From Mustelus asterias (Eukaryota): a stretch of DNA of 64,000 bases. Every line of letters begins with the position of its first letter. Positions within the stretch are counted from its first letter, which is position 1. Shown piece by piece: positions 1 through 11,883 of the stretch. The DNA lies in NCBI RefSeq assembly GCF_964213995.1, contig NC_135830.1:15996001-16060000 (forward strand). Reading direction: 5' to 3'. The translations under genes and the position numbers were made by a program. Below the pieces are notes generated by a model. That model was not told the DNA's origin. It worked only from the letters and a program-made list of their open reading frames with translations, and made no database searches.

Positions 1-800
1 AACCTGCCTCCAGTCCGAAAATTTTCCATCCACCACCACCCTCTGTCTTCGATCAGACAGCCAGTTACCTATCCAATCGGCCAACTTTCCCTCTATCCCA
101 CACCTCCTTACTTTCATCATAAGCCGACCATGGGGGACCTTATCAAACGCCTTACTAAAATCCATGTATATGACATCAACCGCCCTACCTTCATCAACAC
201 ACCTAGTTACCTCCTCAAAAAATTCTATCAAATTTGTGAGGCACGATTTGCCCTTCACAAATCCGTGCTGACTATCCCGGATTAATCCGCATCTTTCTAA
301 ATGGTCGTAAATCCCATCCCTAAGGACCTTTTCCATCAATTTACCAACCACCGAAGTCAGACTAACCGGTCTATAATTACCAGGGTCATTTCTATTCCCT
401 TTCTTAAACAGAGGAACAACATTTGCCACTCTCCAGTCCTCTGGCACCATCCCCGTGGACAGCGAGGACCCAAAGATCAAAGCCAAAGGCTCTGCAATCT
501 CATCCCTCGCCTCCCAAAGAATCCTAGGATACATTTCATCAGGCCCAGGGGACTTATCGACCTTCAGTTTATTCAAAACTGCCAATACATCCTCCCTCCG
601 AACATCTATTTCCTCCAGCCTATTAGCCTGTAACACCTTCTCTTCCTGAAAAACATGGCCCCTCTCCTTGGTGAACACTGAAGAAAAGTATTCATTCATC
701 ACCTCGCCTATCTCTACTGATTCCATACACAAGTTCCCACCACTGTCCTTGACCGGCCCTAACCTCACCCTGGTCATTCTTTTATTCCTCACATAAGAGT
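1..800 (-). mobile_element. CR1 LINE ORF2 (reverse transcriptase) fragment running off the window edge
   Basis: Colinear with and similar to the CR1 copy at 9352-11240 (e.g. CCTTATCAAACGCCTTACTAAAATCCAT = MDFSKAFDKV on the minus strand). Confidence 0.9.
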
Positions 801-809
801 AAAGAAGGA

Positions 810-1347
810 TGATAAAAATGGATAAATGAGATGAAAAGAAGAAACAAAATAAAATAAATGGAAATGGGGTGTATGTGGAGGGGAGTGTTAATGCTCTGAA
901 TTTAATGTTCAGTCCAGAAGGCTGTAAAGTGCCCAATCGGAAGATGAGGTGCTGTTCCACCACTTTGCGTTGGCGTTCACTAAAACATTGCAAAAGGCTA
1001 AGGATGGACACGTGGACAAGAGAGCAGGGTGGTGTTGAAGTGGCAAATGACAGGAAGGTCTGGGTCCTGCTTGTGAACAGACCAAAGGTGTTCAGCAAAG
1101 TGGTCACCCAGCCTACTTTGGTCTCTCCGATGTAGAGTAGACCACATTGACAGCAGCGAATGCAATAGACCAGACTGAAGGAGGTACATGTGAAGCGCTG
1201 CTTCACCTGAAAGGGGTGTTTAGAACCTGGGATGGTGAGCAGGGAGGAGGTAAAGGGGCAGGACCGAGGCTTCCTGTCATTTGCCACTTCAAAACACCAC
1301 CCTGCCTTCCTGTCCACATGTCCATCCTTGGCCTTTTGCAATGTTCA
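810..1347 (-). mobile_element. Penelope-like element fragment (GIY-YIG endonuclease region) with an inverted terminal piece
   Basis: The minus ORF 998-1189 ends RLGDHFAEHLWSVHKQDPDLPVICHFN, typical of the PLE GIY-YIG C-terminus. 1261-1347 is an inverted copy of ~983-1067. Confidence 0.75.
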
Positions 1348-1349
1348 AG

Positions 1350-4337
1350 TGAAGAGAGTCGTACAATGTTGGTCTGAGGAATCAGATGATCTCCTACGGG
1401 GCTGCTTAGAGTCAGTGGACTGGTCAGTGTTTAAAAACTCTGCGACCAGCCTGAACGAGTACGCCACTACGGTAACCGACTTCATTAGTAAGTGTGTAGA
1501 AGACTGTGTGCCAAAGAAGCAAATCTGTGTGTTCCCCAACCGGAAAACATGGATGAACAGGGATATCCACTGCTTGCTGAAGTCCAGGTCTGAGGCGATC
1601 AAGTCAGGCAACACTGACCTATACAAGAAAGCCAGATGCGATCTAAGGAGATCCATCAAAGATGCCAAAAGACAATATTGGACCAAGCTAGAGTCGCAGG
1701 CTAGCCACACCGACCCCCGTCGACTATGGCAAGGTCTGCAAGCCGTAACAGGCTACAAGATAAAGGCATGTAAAACCGCTGGTTCCAAGCTCAGTGCATT
1801 CTACGCCCATTTTGAGCAAGAGGTCAGCGAGAGCATGCCCTCCACCCTGGAAGCCCTGGATGAACCTGGATCTGGGGTCACTTTTGCAGATGTCAGAGCA
1901 GCTTTCTTGAAGGTCAACCACGGAAAGCAACTGGCCCGGATGGGGTACCTGGACGAGCACTCAGATCCTGCGTGGACCAGCTGGCGGGGGTATTCGCAGA
2001 TATCTTCAACCTCTCTTTACAACAATCTGAGGTCCCTATCTGCTTCAAGAAGACGGCCATCATCCCGATAACTAAGAAAAATCAAGCAGCGTACCTTAAT
2101 GACTATCGTCCGGTGGCTCTGACATCGATCATTATGAAGTGCCTCGAAAGGTTAGTCATGGCACAAATCAATTCCAGCCTCCCAGACTACCTGGATCCAC
2201 TACAGTTTGCCTACCGCCGCAACAGGTCCACAGCAGACGCCATTTCCCAGGCCCTGCACTCAACCCTGGAACACCGAGATTACAAGGACACTATGTCAGA
2301 CTCCTATTTATTGACTATAGCTCAGCCTTCAACACTATTATTCCCACAAAACTCATCTCCAAACTCCGTGGCCTGGGTCTCAACATCTCCCTCTGTGACT
2401 GGATCCTGAACTTCCTAACTCACAGACCACAATCAGTAAGGATAGGCAACAACACCTCCTCCACGATCATCCTCAACACCGGTGCCCAACAAGGCTGTGT
2501 TCTCAACCCCCTACTATACTCCTTTTACACCAATGACTGTGCGACCAAATTCCCCTCCAATTCGATTTTCAAGTTTGCCAATGACACCAGCATAGTGGGT
2601 CAGATCTCAAACAATGACAAGGCAGAGTACAGGAATGAGATAGAGAATCTGGTGAACTGGATGAGGGCGTGGAAGGATGGATTAGTAAATTTGCGGATGA
2701 CACTAAAGTTGGTGGAGTTGTAGACAGTGCGGAGGGAAGTGGCAGGTTACAGAGGGACATAGATAAGCTGCAGAGCTGGGCTGAGAGGTGGCAAATGGAG
2801 TTTAATGCGGAAAAATGTGAGGTGATTCACTTTGGAAGGAGTAACAGGAATACAGAGTACTGGGCTAATGGTAAGATACTTGGTAGTGTGGATGAACAGA
2901 AGGATCTGGGTGTCCATGTGCATAGATCCCTGAAAGTTGGCACCCAGGTTGATAGGGTTGTTAAGAAGGCGTACGGTGTGTTAGCTTTTATTGGTAGAGG
3001 GATTGAGTTTCGGAGCCAGGAGGTCATGCTGCAAATGTACAAAACTCTGGTGTGGCCACATTTGGAGTATTGCATACAGTTCTGGTCGCCGTATTATAGG
3101 AAAGATGTGGAAGTGTTGGAAAGGGTGCAGAGGAGATTTACCAGGATGTTGCCTGGTATGGTGGGAAAATCGTATGAGGAAAGGCTGAGGGGCTTGAGGT
3201 TGTTTGCGTTAGAGAGAAGGTTAAGAGGTGACTTAATAGAGGCATACAAGATGATCAGATGATTAGATAGGGTGGATAGTGAGAACCTTTTTCCTCGGAT
3301 GGTGTTGGCTAGCACGAGGGGACATAGCTTTAAATTGAGGGGTGAGAGATATAGGACTGATGTTAGAGGTAAGTTCTTTACTCAGAGAGTAGTAAGGCCG
3401 TGGAATGCCCTGCCTGCAGCAGTGGTGGACTCGTCAACGTTGAGAGCGTTCAACTGGTTATTGGATAAACATATGGATGATATTGGAATCGTGTAGATTA
3501 GAGGGGCTTTAGATTGGTACCACTGGTCGGCGCAACATCGAGGGCCGAACGGCCTGTACTGTGCTGTAATGTTCTATGGTGCGGCAGCAATAATCTCTCC
3601 CTCAATGTCAACAAAATGAAGGAGATTGTCATCGACCTCAGGAAGCGTAAAGAAGAACATGCCCCTGTCTACATCAATGAGGACAAAGTAGAAAGGGTCG
3701 AGAGCTTCAGGTTTTTAGATGTCCAGATCACCAACAACCTGTCCTGGTCCCCCCATGCCGACACTAGTTAAGAAAGCTCACCAATGCCTCTACTTTCTCA
3801 GAAGACTAAGGAAATTTGGCATTTCAGCTATGACTCTCACCAACTTTTACAGATGCACCATAGAAAGCATTATTTCTGGTTGTATCACAGCTTGGTATGG
3901 CTCTTGCACTGCCCAAGACCGCAAGGATCTACAAAAGGTCGTAAATGTAGCCCAATCCGTCACGCGAACCAGCCTCCCATCCATTGACTCTGTCTGCACT
4001 TTGCGCTGCCTCAGCAAAGCAGCCAGCATAATTAAGGACCCCACACACCCCGGACATTCTCTCTTCTACTTTCTTCCTTCGGGAAAAAGATACAAAAGTC
4101 TGAGGTCATGTACCAACTGACTCAAGAACAGCTTTTTCCCTGCTGCTGTCAGACTTTTGTATGGACTTACCTTGCATTAAGTTGACCTTTCTCGACACCC
4201 TAGCTATGAATGTAACACTACATTCTGCACTGTCTCATTTCCTTCTCTATGAACGGTATGTTTTGTCTGGATAGCGCGAAAGAAACAATACTTTTCACCG
4301 TATGATAATACATGTGACAATAATAAATCAAATCAAA
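1350..4337 (+). mobile_element. Rex1/Babar-like non-LTR retrotransposon (frameshifted RT), interrupted by a CR1 insertion
   Basis: Contains [38 protein letters not shown] and [17 protein letters not shown]. Reading resumes after the CR1 as WCGSNNLSLNVNK. The 3' tail is AATAAATCAAATCAAA at ~4322-4337. Confidence 0.85.
2661..3576 (+). mobile_element. 5'-truncated CR1 LINE nested in the Rex1-like element
   Basis: Encodes [14 protein letters not shown]...HLEYCIQFWSPYYRKD and ends with the CR1 3' tail GTGCTGTAATGTTCTA. The host codon TGG (Trp) appears on both sides. Confidence 0.9.
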
Positions 4338-4344
4338 AACCCCA

Positions 4345-4850
4345 AAGCAAACTGTAAGGACAGCACCTTATCTTCCAATTGGGCACCTTACAATCTTCCG
4401 GACTGAACAGTGAGTCAACAACTTCAGAGCATGAACTCTCCCCTCCACCATCACCCCATTTCCATTAGTTTTATTTAATTTTGTTTCTTCTTTTAATCTT
4501 ATTCATCCATTTACATCATCCTCCTTTCTCTCCTCCATTTTTCCACTTCTCCATTCCCGCTCTCCTTCTTGACCCTCTCCCCTCCAGGCCAACTGCCTTA
4601 ACCATCTAAACCTCTGCTCTGCCATTCAAAACATTCTGATCTTTTAATGGACATTTTCTGCAACTTCTCTGCCGTCTTTATCCTCATTTCCATTCCCTTT
4701 GTCCCATTCCACTCCCCCTTCTCTTAGTATGAATCTTTTCTGATTCTCTTTGTCCTTAGCTCTGATGAAGGCTCATCCAGACTGGAAACATTGGCTCGAT
4801 TCTCTCCCCACAGAAGCTGCCAGACCTGCTGAGATTTTCCAGCATTGTCT
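4345..4850 (+). mobile_element. Penelope-like 3' remnant ending in a hammerhead-like motif
   Basis: Same family as 810-1210 in opposite orientation. Contains AGCT-CTGATGA-A...GAAA-CATT-GGCTC at ~4758-4798, followed by the recurrent GCTGCCAGACCTGCTGAGATTTTCCAGC block. Confidence 0.6.
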
Positions 4851-4859
4851 GGTTTAGCT

Positions 4860-5170
4860 CCGCCCACTGACCGCGCATGCGCCCTGCTCCCGGCGGAACA
4901 AAGATGGCGGCCGCGGCACTGGGCCTGATCCCGGATAAAATCCCCGCAGTTGCAAACCCGGGACCCGCAGGCTCTTGTTCGGGCCTTGCGGCCTCCAGCG
5001 GGTGTTTATGAAGCCTCCGCTCCCTCCCCACCCCGACTCCGGGCTCCATTCCTCCCTCCGCCCGATCGACTCACCCGCTGAAAAAATCATCTCCCGTACT
5101 CGCAGGGCTCTAAGCAAAGTGGCATTGCGCATGTTCCAGATACAGCACCGCGCCTGCGCACTGGGGTCCT
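4860..5170 (-). promoter_or_regulatory. CpG-rich promoter / non-coding first exon of a leftward zinc-finger-type gene (coding exon not in window)
   Basis: NRF1-like GCGCATGCGC (4873-4882), YY1 motif AAGATGGCGG (4901-4910) and a minus-strand donor GTGAGT at 5074-5069. Aligns with the promoter/intron 1 of the ZF gene at 21590-21900. Confidence 0.65.
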
Positions 5171-5544
5171 GTAGAGTGTATAGGGCACTTTCACACCCGC
5201 AGCGAATGCTGGGTAATAACGGCATCATTGAAACTTCAGTTAATATAAAGTAAAATTGTTAACATTTGAGATAAATTAACAAAATATTGTGAATTGGTGA
5301 TCTGCTGTACTCCATTTCTGAAAGTTCTGCTGTGGATCCCACACAGAGATATCAAAGCTTTTACAGCTCTCACTCCTCCTTTGATGGGGCTGATTCTGGC
5401 TGGGTTCAATGGAACAGTCACTGGTTCCTCTCTCTGTCCCTGATATTGAATATTCACTCTTTTATAGAATAATACAGCAGAAGTAGAAACCATTTGGCCC
5501 ATTATGCCTGTGCTGGCTCTCTGGCAGATCTAAGTTTAGTTTAT

Positions 5545-5815
5545 TTATTCATTAATCATAAGTATGGCTTACATTAACACTGCAATGCAGTTACTGTGAA
5601 AATGCACTAGTCGCCACGCTCTGGCCTGTTCTCGTCAAAGCACCTAACCAGCACGTTTTTCAGACTGTGGGAGGAAACTGGAGTACCCGGAGGAAACCCA
5701 CACAGACACGGGGAGAACGTGCAGACTCCACACAGGCAGTAACCCAAGCTGGGAATCAAACGCGGGTCCCTGGTGGTGTGAGGCAGCAGTGCTAACCACT
5801 GTGCCACCATGCCAC
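5545..5815 (-). mobile_element. HE1-like tRNA-derived V-SINE
   Basis: Reverse complement has the head GGTGGCACAGTGGTTAGCACTGCTGCCTCAC (A box), a B box and the V-domain TGTGGAGTCTGCACGTTCTCCCCGTGTCTG. Confidence 0.85.
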
Positions 5816-6409
5816 CTCATCTATCTATCCAACAAATTCCACAGCCCTGCTGGCAGAGTCAGAACAATGTATATCTGCTGTAGTAATCTGAGACCTTAAC
5901 ATTATCAGTAGCTGAAGGTGAATCAGAACGTCGATCCATACCTGAAGCCGTGCCTCATCTGTGTCCAAACTAATCAGATCCTGCAAAATGTATTGTCCCA
6001 ATTAACACATCCCATATTATTGATCTTACAGCAGCTTGATTATACAGGGCCACTCTCCACAATAAAATGAGACTGGTATATCCTCCTAATTACAGGGATG
6101 GTTACCTGGTGGATTGAAGCTTTCCCTGTTTGTGAAAATGATGCAGATGTTAAAGTCCTGTGGGAACATGTCTTTACCAGATGAGGCTTCCTGAAATGGA
6201 TAAAGAGTGAAAACTGCTCTAATTTCACAGCAGAAATAATGTAACAGCTCTGCAGTCTTTGGAAAAGAAAAAAATCCAGAAACATAATTTTGAAAAAAAG
6301 TTGATTAATTTCATATTTATCCATAAGTAAAGCCCAGTTGTTAGGATTGTCATTGCTGTCAAAAACAAAAACAAACTCTCAGAATGAACATTGTTCAGTC
6401 CAACTGGAT

Positions 6410-7235
6410 GGCATGGTGGCATAATGGTGAGCACTGCTGCATCACAGTGCCAAGGACCCAGATTCGATTCCCAGCTTGGGCCACTGTCTTTGTGGAGTCT
6501 GCATGTTCTCCCCGTGTCTGTGTGGGTTTCCTCCCATATTCAGAAAGATTTGGTTTGATTTATTATTGTCATATGTATGCACATGCAGTGAAAAGTATTG
6601 TTTCTTGCATGCTATACAGACAAAACATATCGTTCATAGAGGAGGAAACAAGAGAGTGCAGAATGTAGAGTTACAGTCATAGCTTGGGTGTAGAGAAAGA
6701 TCAACTTAATGCAAGGTAGGTCCCTTCAAAAGTCTGACAGCAGCAGGGAAGAAGCTGTTTTTGAGTTGGTTGGCACATGACCTCAGACTTTTGTATCTTT
6801 TTCCTGAAGGAAGAAGGTGGAAAAGAGATTGTCCGGGGTACGTGGGGTCCTTAATTATGCTGGCTGCTTTGCTGAGGCAGCTGGAAGTGTAGACAGAGTC
6901 AATGGATGGGAGGCTGGTTTGTGTGATGGATTGGGCTACATTCACAACCTTTTGTAGTTCCTTGCGGTCTTCGGCAGAGCAGGAGTCATACCAAGCTGTG
7001 CTACAACCAGAGAGAATATTCTCTATGGTGCATCTGTAAAAGTTGGTGAGAGTCGTAGCTGACATGCCAAATTTCCTTAGATGTGCTGGTTAGGTGCATT
7101 GGCCATGCCAAGTTCTCTCAAATTCAGTGTACTCAAACAGACACCGGAGTGTGGCAACTAGGGGATTTTCACATGTAACTTCATTGCAGTCTTAATGTAA
7201 CCCTGCTTGTGACACTAATAAATAAACTTAAAAAA
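6410..7235 (+). mobile_element. HE1-like SINE split by a Rex1-like 3' fragment
   Basis: The SINE head runs 6410-6549 and continues at ~7079 (AGATGTGCTGGTTAGG). AGAT is present at both junctions. Confidence 0.8.
6550..7080 (-). mobile_element. Rex1/Babar-like LINE 3' end
   Basis: The ORF 6706-7065 (TLTNFYRCTIENILSGC...KRYKSLRS) is paralogous to 3790-4120, with an (AATCA)n-type tail at ~6547-6565. Confidence 0.85.
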
Positions 7236-7259
7236 ACAGCAGTAATGACAGTAGAAGCC

Positions 7260-7580
7260 AACCTTCGTAGTCACTTGTGATCTCACTGGTGCCTAACCAG
7301 GGTGAATGACTGAATGAAGCTCTTCCCACACTCAAAACAACTACTCCCCTGTGTGAGCTCACTGGTGTCTCAACAGGTTGGAAGGGCAAATCCTTTCCCA
7401 CAAATGGAGCAGGTGAATGACATCACCCTTTTGTGAATGAGTGATGTTTCAGCATTTCATGTCTGCTTTTAAAATTTTTACACATTTGGAACATTTTAAA
7501 GGACTATTTTCAGTGTTAAGAAATTAAATTTCAGTGAGACAGAATGACAGAGCGAATCCCTTCGCACACAGGGTTAGGGA
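7260..7580 (-). pseudogene. Highly decayed C2H2 zinc-finger relic
   Basis: The minus strand shows TGTGGGAAAGGATT, CACCAGTGAG and TTCACCTGCTCC finger/linker-like motifs with indels and no ORF. Confidence 0.55.
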
Positions 7581-9351
7581 ATGTAATGCACTCCCTGAAT
7601 GTGCGGTGCAGGCAGATTCAATTGAAGCAATCAAAGGGGAAATTAGACATTATCAGAATAGGAAGAATGTATAAGGATACAGGGAGAAGGCGGCAGAATG
7701 GAACGAGTTGAGTTACGCATTCTTAGAGTTGGTGCAGACACAATGGGCCAAATGACACCAAAACTCTTCAGTGATTCCGAAATCTTTAAAAGCCTAAAAT
7801 GCTGCAATAAAACTCAGCAGGTTTGGCAGCATCTGTGCAGAGAGAGAAACAGAGTTAACATTTCAGGTCTGTGACCTCTTCAGAACTGGGAAAAGTTAGG
7901 AATGTAACAGGTTTGGAGAAAGGGGCGGGTGGGACAGGGACTAAAGGAAGGTCTGTGTGAGGGTGGAAGACAGGAGAGATTGAATGAGAGAAAAGTGAAT
8001 GCCCCAGAGCCAAAGGGAATGGTGATGGAGCGAGAAAAGAAACAAAGAAACAAAAGCTGTGGCTGGAGCAGGGGGGCTGCCGACTGAAAAAAGGAAAAGT
8101 GAAACAATCAAAGAAAAAGAAACAGAACGGGCTGAGAGTTTACTCACTGAAACTGTTGGACTGAATATTGAGTCCAGGAGGCTGTAAAGTGTGGAGGGGA
8201 TGGGTGAGTGGGAGGATCTTCTGGACCTGATCTGGACCCTGGTTAGAACAGTAATCCGTAGATCCAGGATGGGTGGGGCTGAAGGGAAAGGCGGGGGGTC
8301 TCTCTGGCTGCCGGATGATCTTCTGTGGTCTTTTCTGTGCCCAGGTGGCCCTGGAGAAGGAGATTCTGTTGGGACTTTGTTCCTGATTTTAGTCTTTTAG
8401 TTTGATTGAACCACAAGTTTGGGGAAACGAGAGGAAAGAATGTTCCAGAGAAAATAGAACTGTCTGTTCTGAATTTCTATCCTGCACTGATAGTGACACT
8501 GACACTGTCAACTCCTTTTACAGGGGATTAGAAGAGAAGAGTTTACTGAAAGAACATTAAAGCCAAACATCACATCAAAATCTGACAGAGTCACTCGATC
8601 CATCAGGACCTGAATATCACAGATTCATGGTGCAGAACGATGCTATTTGGCCCATCGTGTCTGCACCAACTCTCCAAATGAGCACTGTGGTTTAGTGCCA
8701 TTTTCCTGCCTTTTGCCCATACCCCTTGTTGGGGAACTTCACTAGCTATCCAGCTATCAAATTCTTCACTGCCCCGAGAGGTCAGATGAAGATTTTCAGA
8801 GTTTAAAAACAGGCCTTTATTCAAGCTGTAGCAGAGGAAACCTGTTCTACACACATGGCTTACAGACTCCCAGAACAAAGGAATACAATTGCAATGAGTA
8901 ACTAACAAACAGCAGGAGAAAATGTACACTTATTTGAAGAATCCCAAATAATAGTTAAGATTACTTCATGTGTTTCCCACAGTAGTCTTTAACTAATTAC
9001 AGCAGCACTATGCTCCCCTAATTACAATATTCAATCATCAACAAGGCACATACTCAGAGCTACATTATCAATAAACAGATGTCTATGGTTCTTGACTGTC
9101 TAGCGCCCTGAGTTGTGACTTATGACTTCTATCAAAACACACTGCAGTCCTACGCTGTTACCTGAAAGCAGTGACGTTGTAGTTATAGCCTACTTGTGGT
9201 GTATCAAAACTCCCTTGTCGATTGCTTTTGTACCCATTCCAGGTATTAGTCGAAAGATCTTCTCTGAACTTCTTCTTACACATTTACATCCTTTCATAAA
9301 CAAGAAGATCAATAATACTCCAGATGTTGTCACCAGTGATCTGTATAAGTG

Positions 9352-11240
9352 AAGAACATAGAACATAGAACATAGAACATTACAGCGCAGAACAGGCCCT
9401 TCGGCCCACGATGTTGCACCGACCAGTTAAAAAAAAACAAAAAAAAACTGTGACCCTCCAACCTAAACCAATTTCTTTTCGTCCATGAACCTATCTACGG
9501 ATCTCTTAAACGCCCCCAAACTAGGCGCATTTACTACTGATGCTGGCAGGGCATTCCAATCCCTCACCACCCTCTGGGTAAAGAACCTACCCCTGACATC
9601 GGTTCTATAACTACCCCCCCTCAATTTAAAGCCATGCCCCCTCGTGCTGGATTTCTCCATCAGAGGAAAAAGGCTATCACTATCCACCCTATCTAAACCT
9701 CTAATCATCTTATATGTTTCAATAAGATCCCCTCTTAGCCGCCGCCTTTCCAGCGAAAACAATCCCAAATCCCTCAGCCTCTCCTCATAGGATCTCCCCT
9801 CCATACCAGGCAACATCCTGGTAAACCTCCTCTGCACCCTCTCCAAAGCCTCCACATCCTTCCTGTAATGTGGGGACCAGAACTGCACACAGTACTCCAA
9901 GTGCGGCCGCACCAGAGTTGTGTACAGTTGCAACATAACGCTACGACTCCTAAATTCAATCCCCCTACCAATAAACGCCAAGACACCATATGCCTTCTTA
10001 ACAACCTTATCTACTTGATTCCCAACTTTCAGGGATCTATGCACACATACACCTAGATCCCTCTGCTCCTCCACACTATTCAAAGTCCTCCCGTTAGCCC
10101 TATACTCAACACATCTGTTATTCCTACCAAAGTGAATTACCTCACACTTCTCCGCATTAAACTCCATCCGCCACCTCTCGGCCCAACTTTGCAACCTGTC
10201 TAAGTCTTCCTGCAAACTACGACACCCTTCCTCACTGTCTACCACACCACCGACTTTGGTGTCATCAGCAAATTTGCTAATCCACCCAACTATACCCTCA
10301 TCCAGATCATTAATAAATATTACAAACAGCAGTGGCCCCAAAACAGATCCCTGAGGTACACCACTTGTAACCGCACTCCATGATGAATATTTACTATCAA
10401 CCACCACCCTCTGTTTCCTATCCGCTAGCCAATTCCTGATCCAATTTCCTAGATCACCCCCAATCCCATACATCTGCATTTTCTGCAGAAGCCTACCATG
10501 GTGAACCTTATCAAACGCCTTACTAAAATCCATATATACCACGTCCACTGCCTTGCCCCCATCCACCTCCTTGGTCACTTTCTCAAAAAACTCAATAAGG
10601 TTAGTAAGGCACGACCTACCTGCCACAAAACCATGCTGACTATCACCTATCAATTCATTACTCTCCAAATAACTATAAATCCTATCCCTTATAATTTTTT
10701 CCAACATCTTGCCGACAACAGAAGTGAGACTCACCGGTCTATAATTCCCGGGGAAGTCTCTGTTCCCCTTCTTAAACAATGGGACAACATTCGCTAACCT
10801 CCAATCTTCTGGTACTATACCAGAGGCCAACGACGACCTGAAGATCAGAGCCAGAGGCTCTGCAATCACTTCTCTTGCCTCCCAGAGAATCCTTGGATAA
10901 ATCCCATCCGGACCAGGGGATTTATCTATTTTCAGACCCTCCAGAATATCCTGCACATCCTCCTTATCAACTGTAATACTGTCTATTCTACTCCCTTGCA
11001 ACCCAGTGTCCTCCTCAGCTATATTCATGTCCCTTGCAACCCAGTGTCCTCCTCAGCTATATTCATGTCAAGAATACCAGGGGATTTATCTATTTTCAGA
11101 CCCTCCAGAATATCCTGCACATCCTCCTTATCAACTGTAATACTGTCTATTCTACTCCCTTGCAACCCAGTGTCCTCCTCAGCTATATTCATGTCCCTTG
11201 CAACCCAGTGTCCTCCTCAGCTATATTCATGTCAAGAATA
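9352..11240 (-). mobile_element. Young 5'-truncated CR1 LINE with an uninterrupted 521-aa RT ORF and a reiterated 5' end
   Basis: ORF 9463-11028 has NYRPVSLTS, DFSKAFDKV, GVPQGSVLGP and FADD. An (AACATAG)n microsatellite tail lies at 9352-9379. Confidence 0.95.
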
Positions 11241-11768
11241 CCGTATCAAATGCCTTCTGGAAATCTAAGTACATTCACCTTTAGTTCCCCTTTATCCACA
11301 GCACATGTGACTTCAAAGAACTTAATAAATGGGTTGAATATGATTTCCCTTTCTCAAAACTATGTTGACTCTCCCTTATTGCCTGAATCACTGCCCTGCT
11401 AGAACATCTTTAATAATAGCTTCTTACATTTTCCTATGAAATTTTAACTAGCATGTTGTTTCCAGCTTTTTTCTTCTTTTTTGAATAATGGAGTTACATT
11501 TGCTACTTTCTAATTTAAAGGAAATTTCCCCAAATTCAGGAAATTTGGGACAATTAAAAACAAAGCATCAACTATCTCACTGGCCATTTCTATCCCGCTT
11601 TAGCTGAATAACAGACATTTGGACTTGAAACGTTAACTCAGACCTGCTGAGTCTTTCCAGCACGTTCTGTTTTTATTTCAGATTTTCAGCATCCTCAGTA
11701 CTTTATTTTTATCGCATGGACCACTTTTAAAACCCCCAGATGAAGTCCATCTGGACCCAGGGATTTGT

Positions 11769-11883
11769 GTGGACACCCGATCGGCACAGAGAACAGCCCA
11801 GAACTCGCGATCTCAAGCAATCCAGCAGCCTCAGCCTCAGCCTCCCAGTAGCGGGATTACAGGTGCGCGCCACAGCACCCGGC
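11769..11883 (-). pseudogene. 3'-truncated 7SL (SRP) RNA copy (first ~115 nt)
   Basis: Reverse complement GCCGGGTGCTGTGGCGCGCACCTGTAATCCC...GCCGATCGGGTGTCCAC. It is cut by a CR1 remnant and shares ~400 bp of upstream flank with the full copy. Confidence 0.85.

Noticed and set aside
301-649. Numerous short antisense ORFs over LINEs and SINEs (e.g. 301-633, 1345-1710, 5607-5810, 24376-24687)
   Set aside because: Shadow frames of CR1/Rex1 RT or SINE sequence, not genes.
11769-11883. Primate Alu / human contamination
   Set aside because: The sequence continues into 7SL-specific sequence, has no A-tail or dimer structure, and shares flanks with the full 7SL gene.
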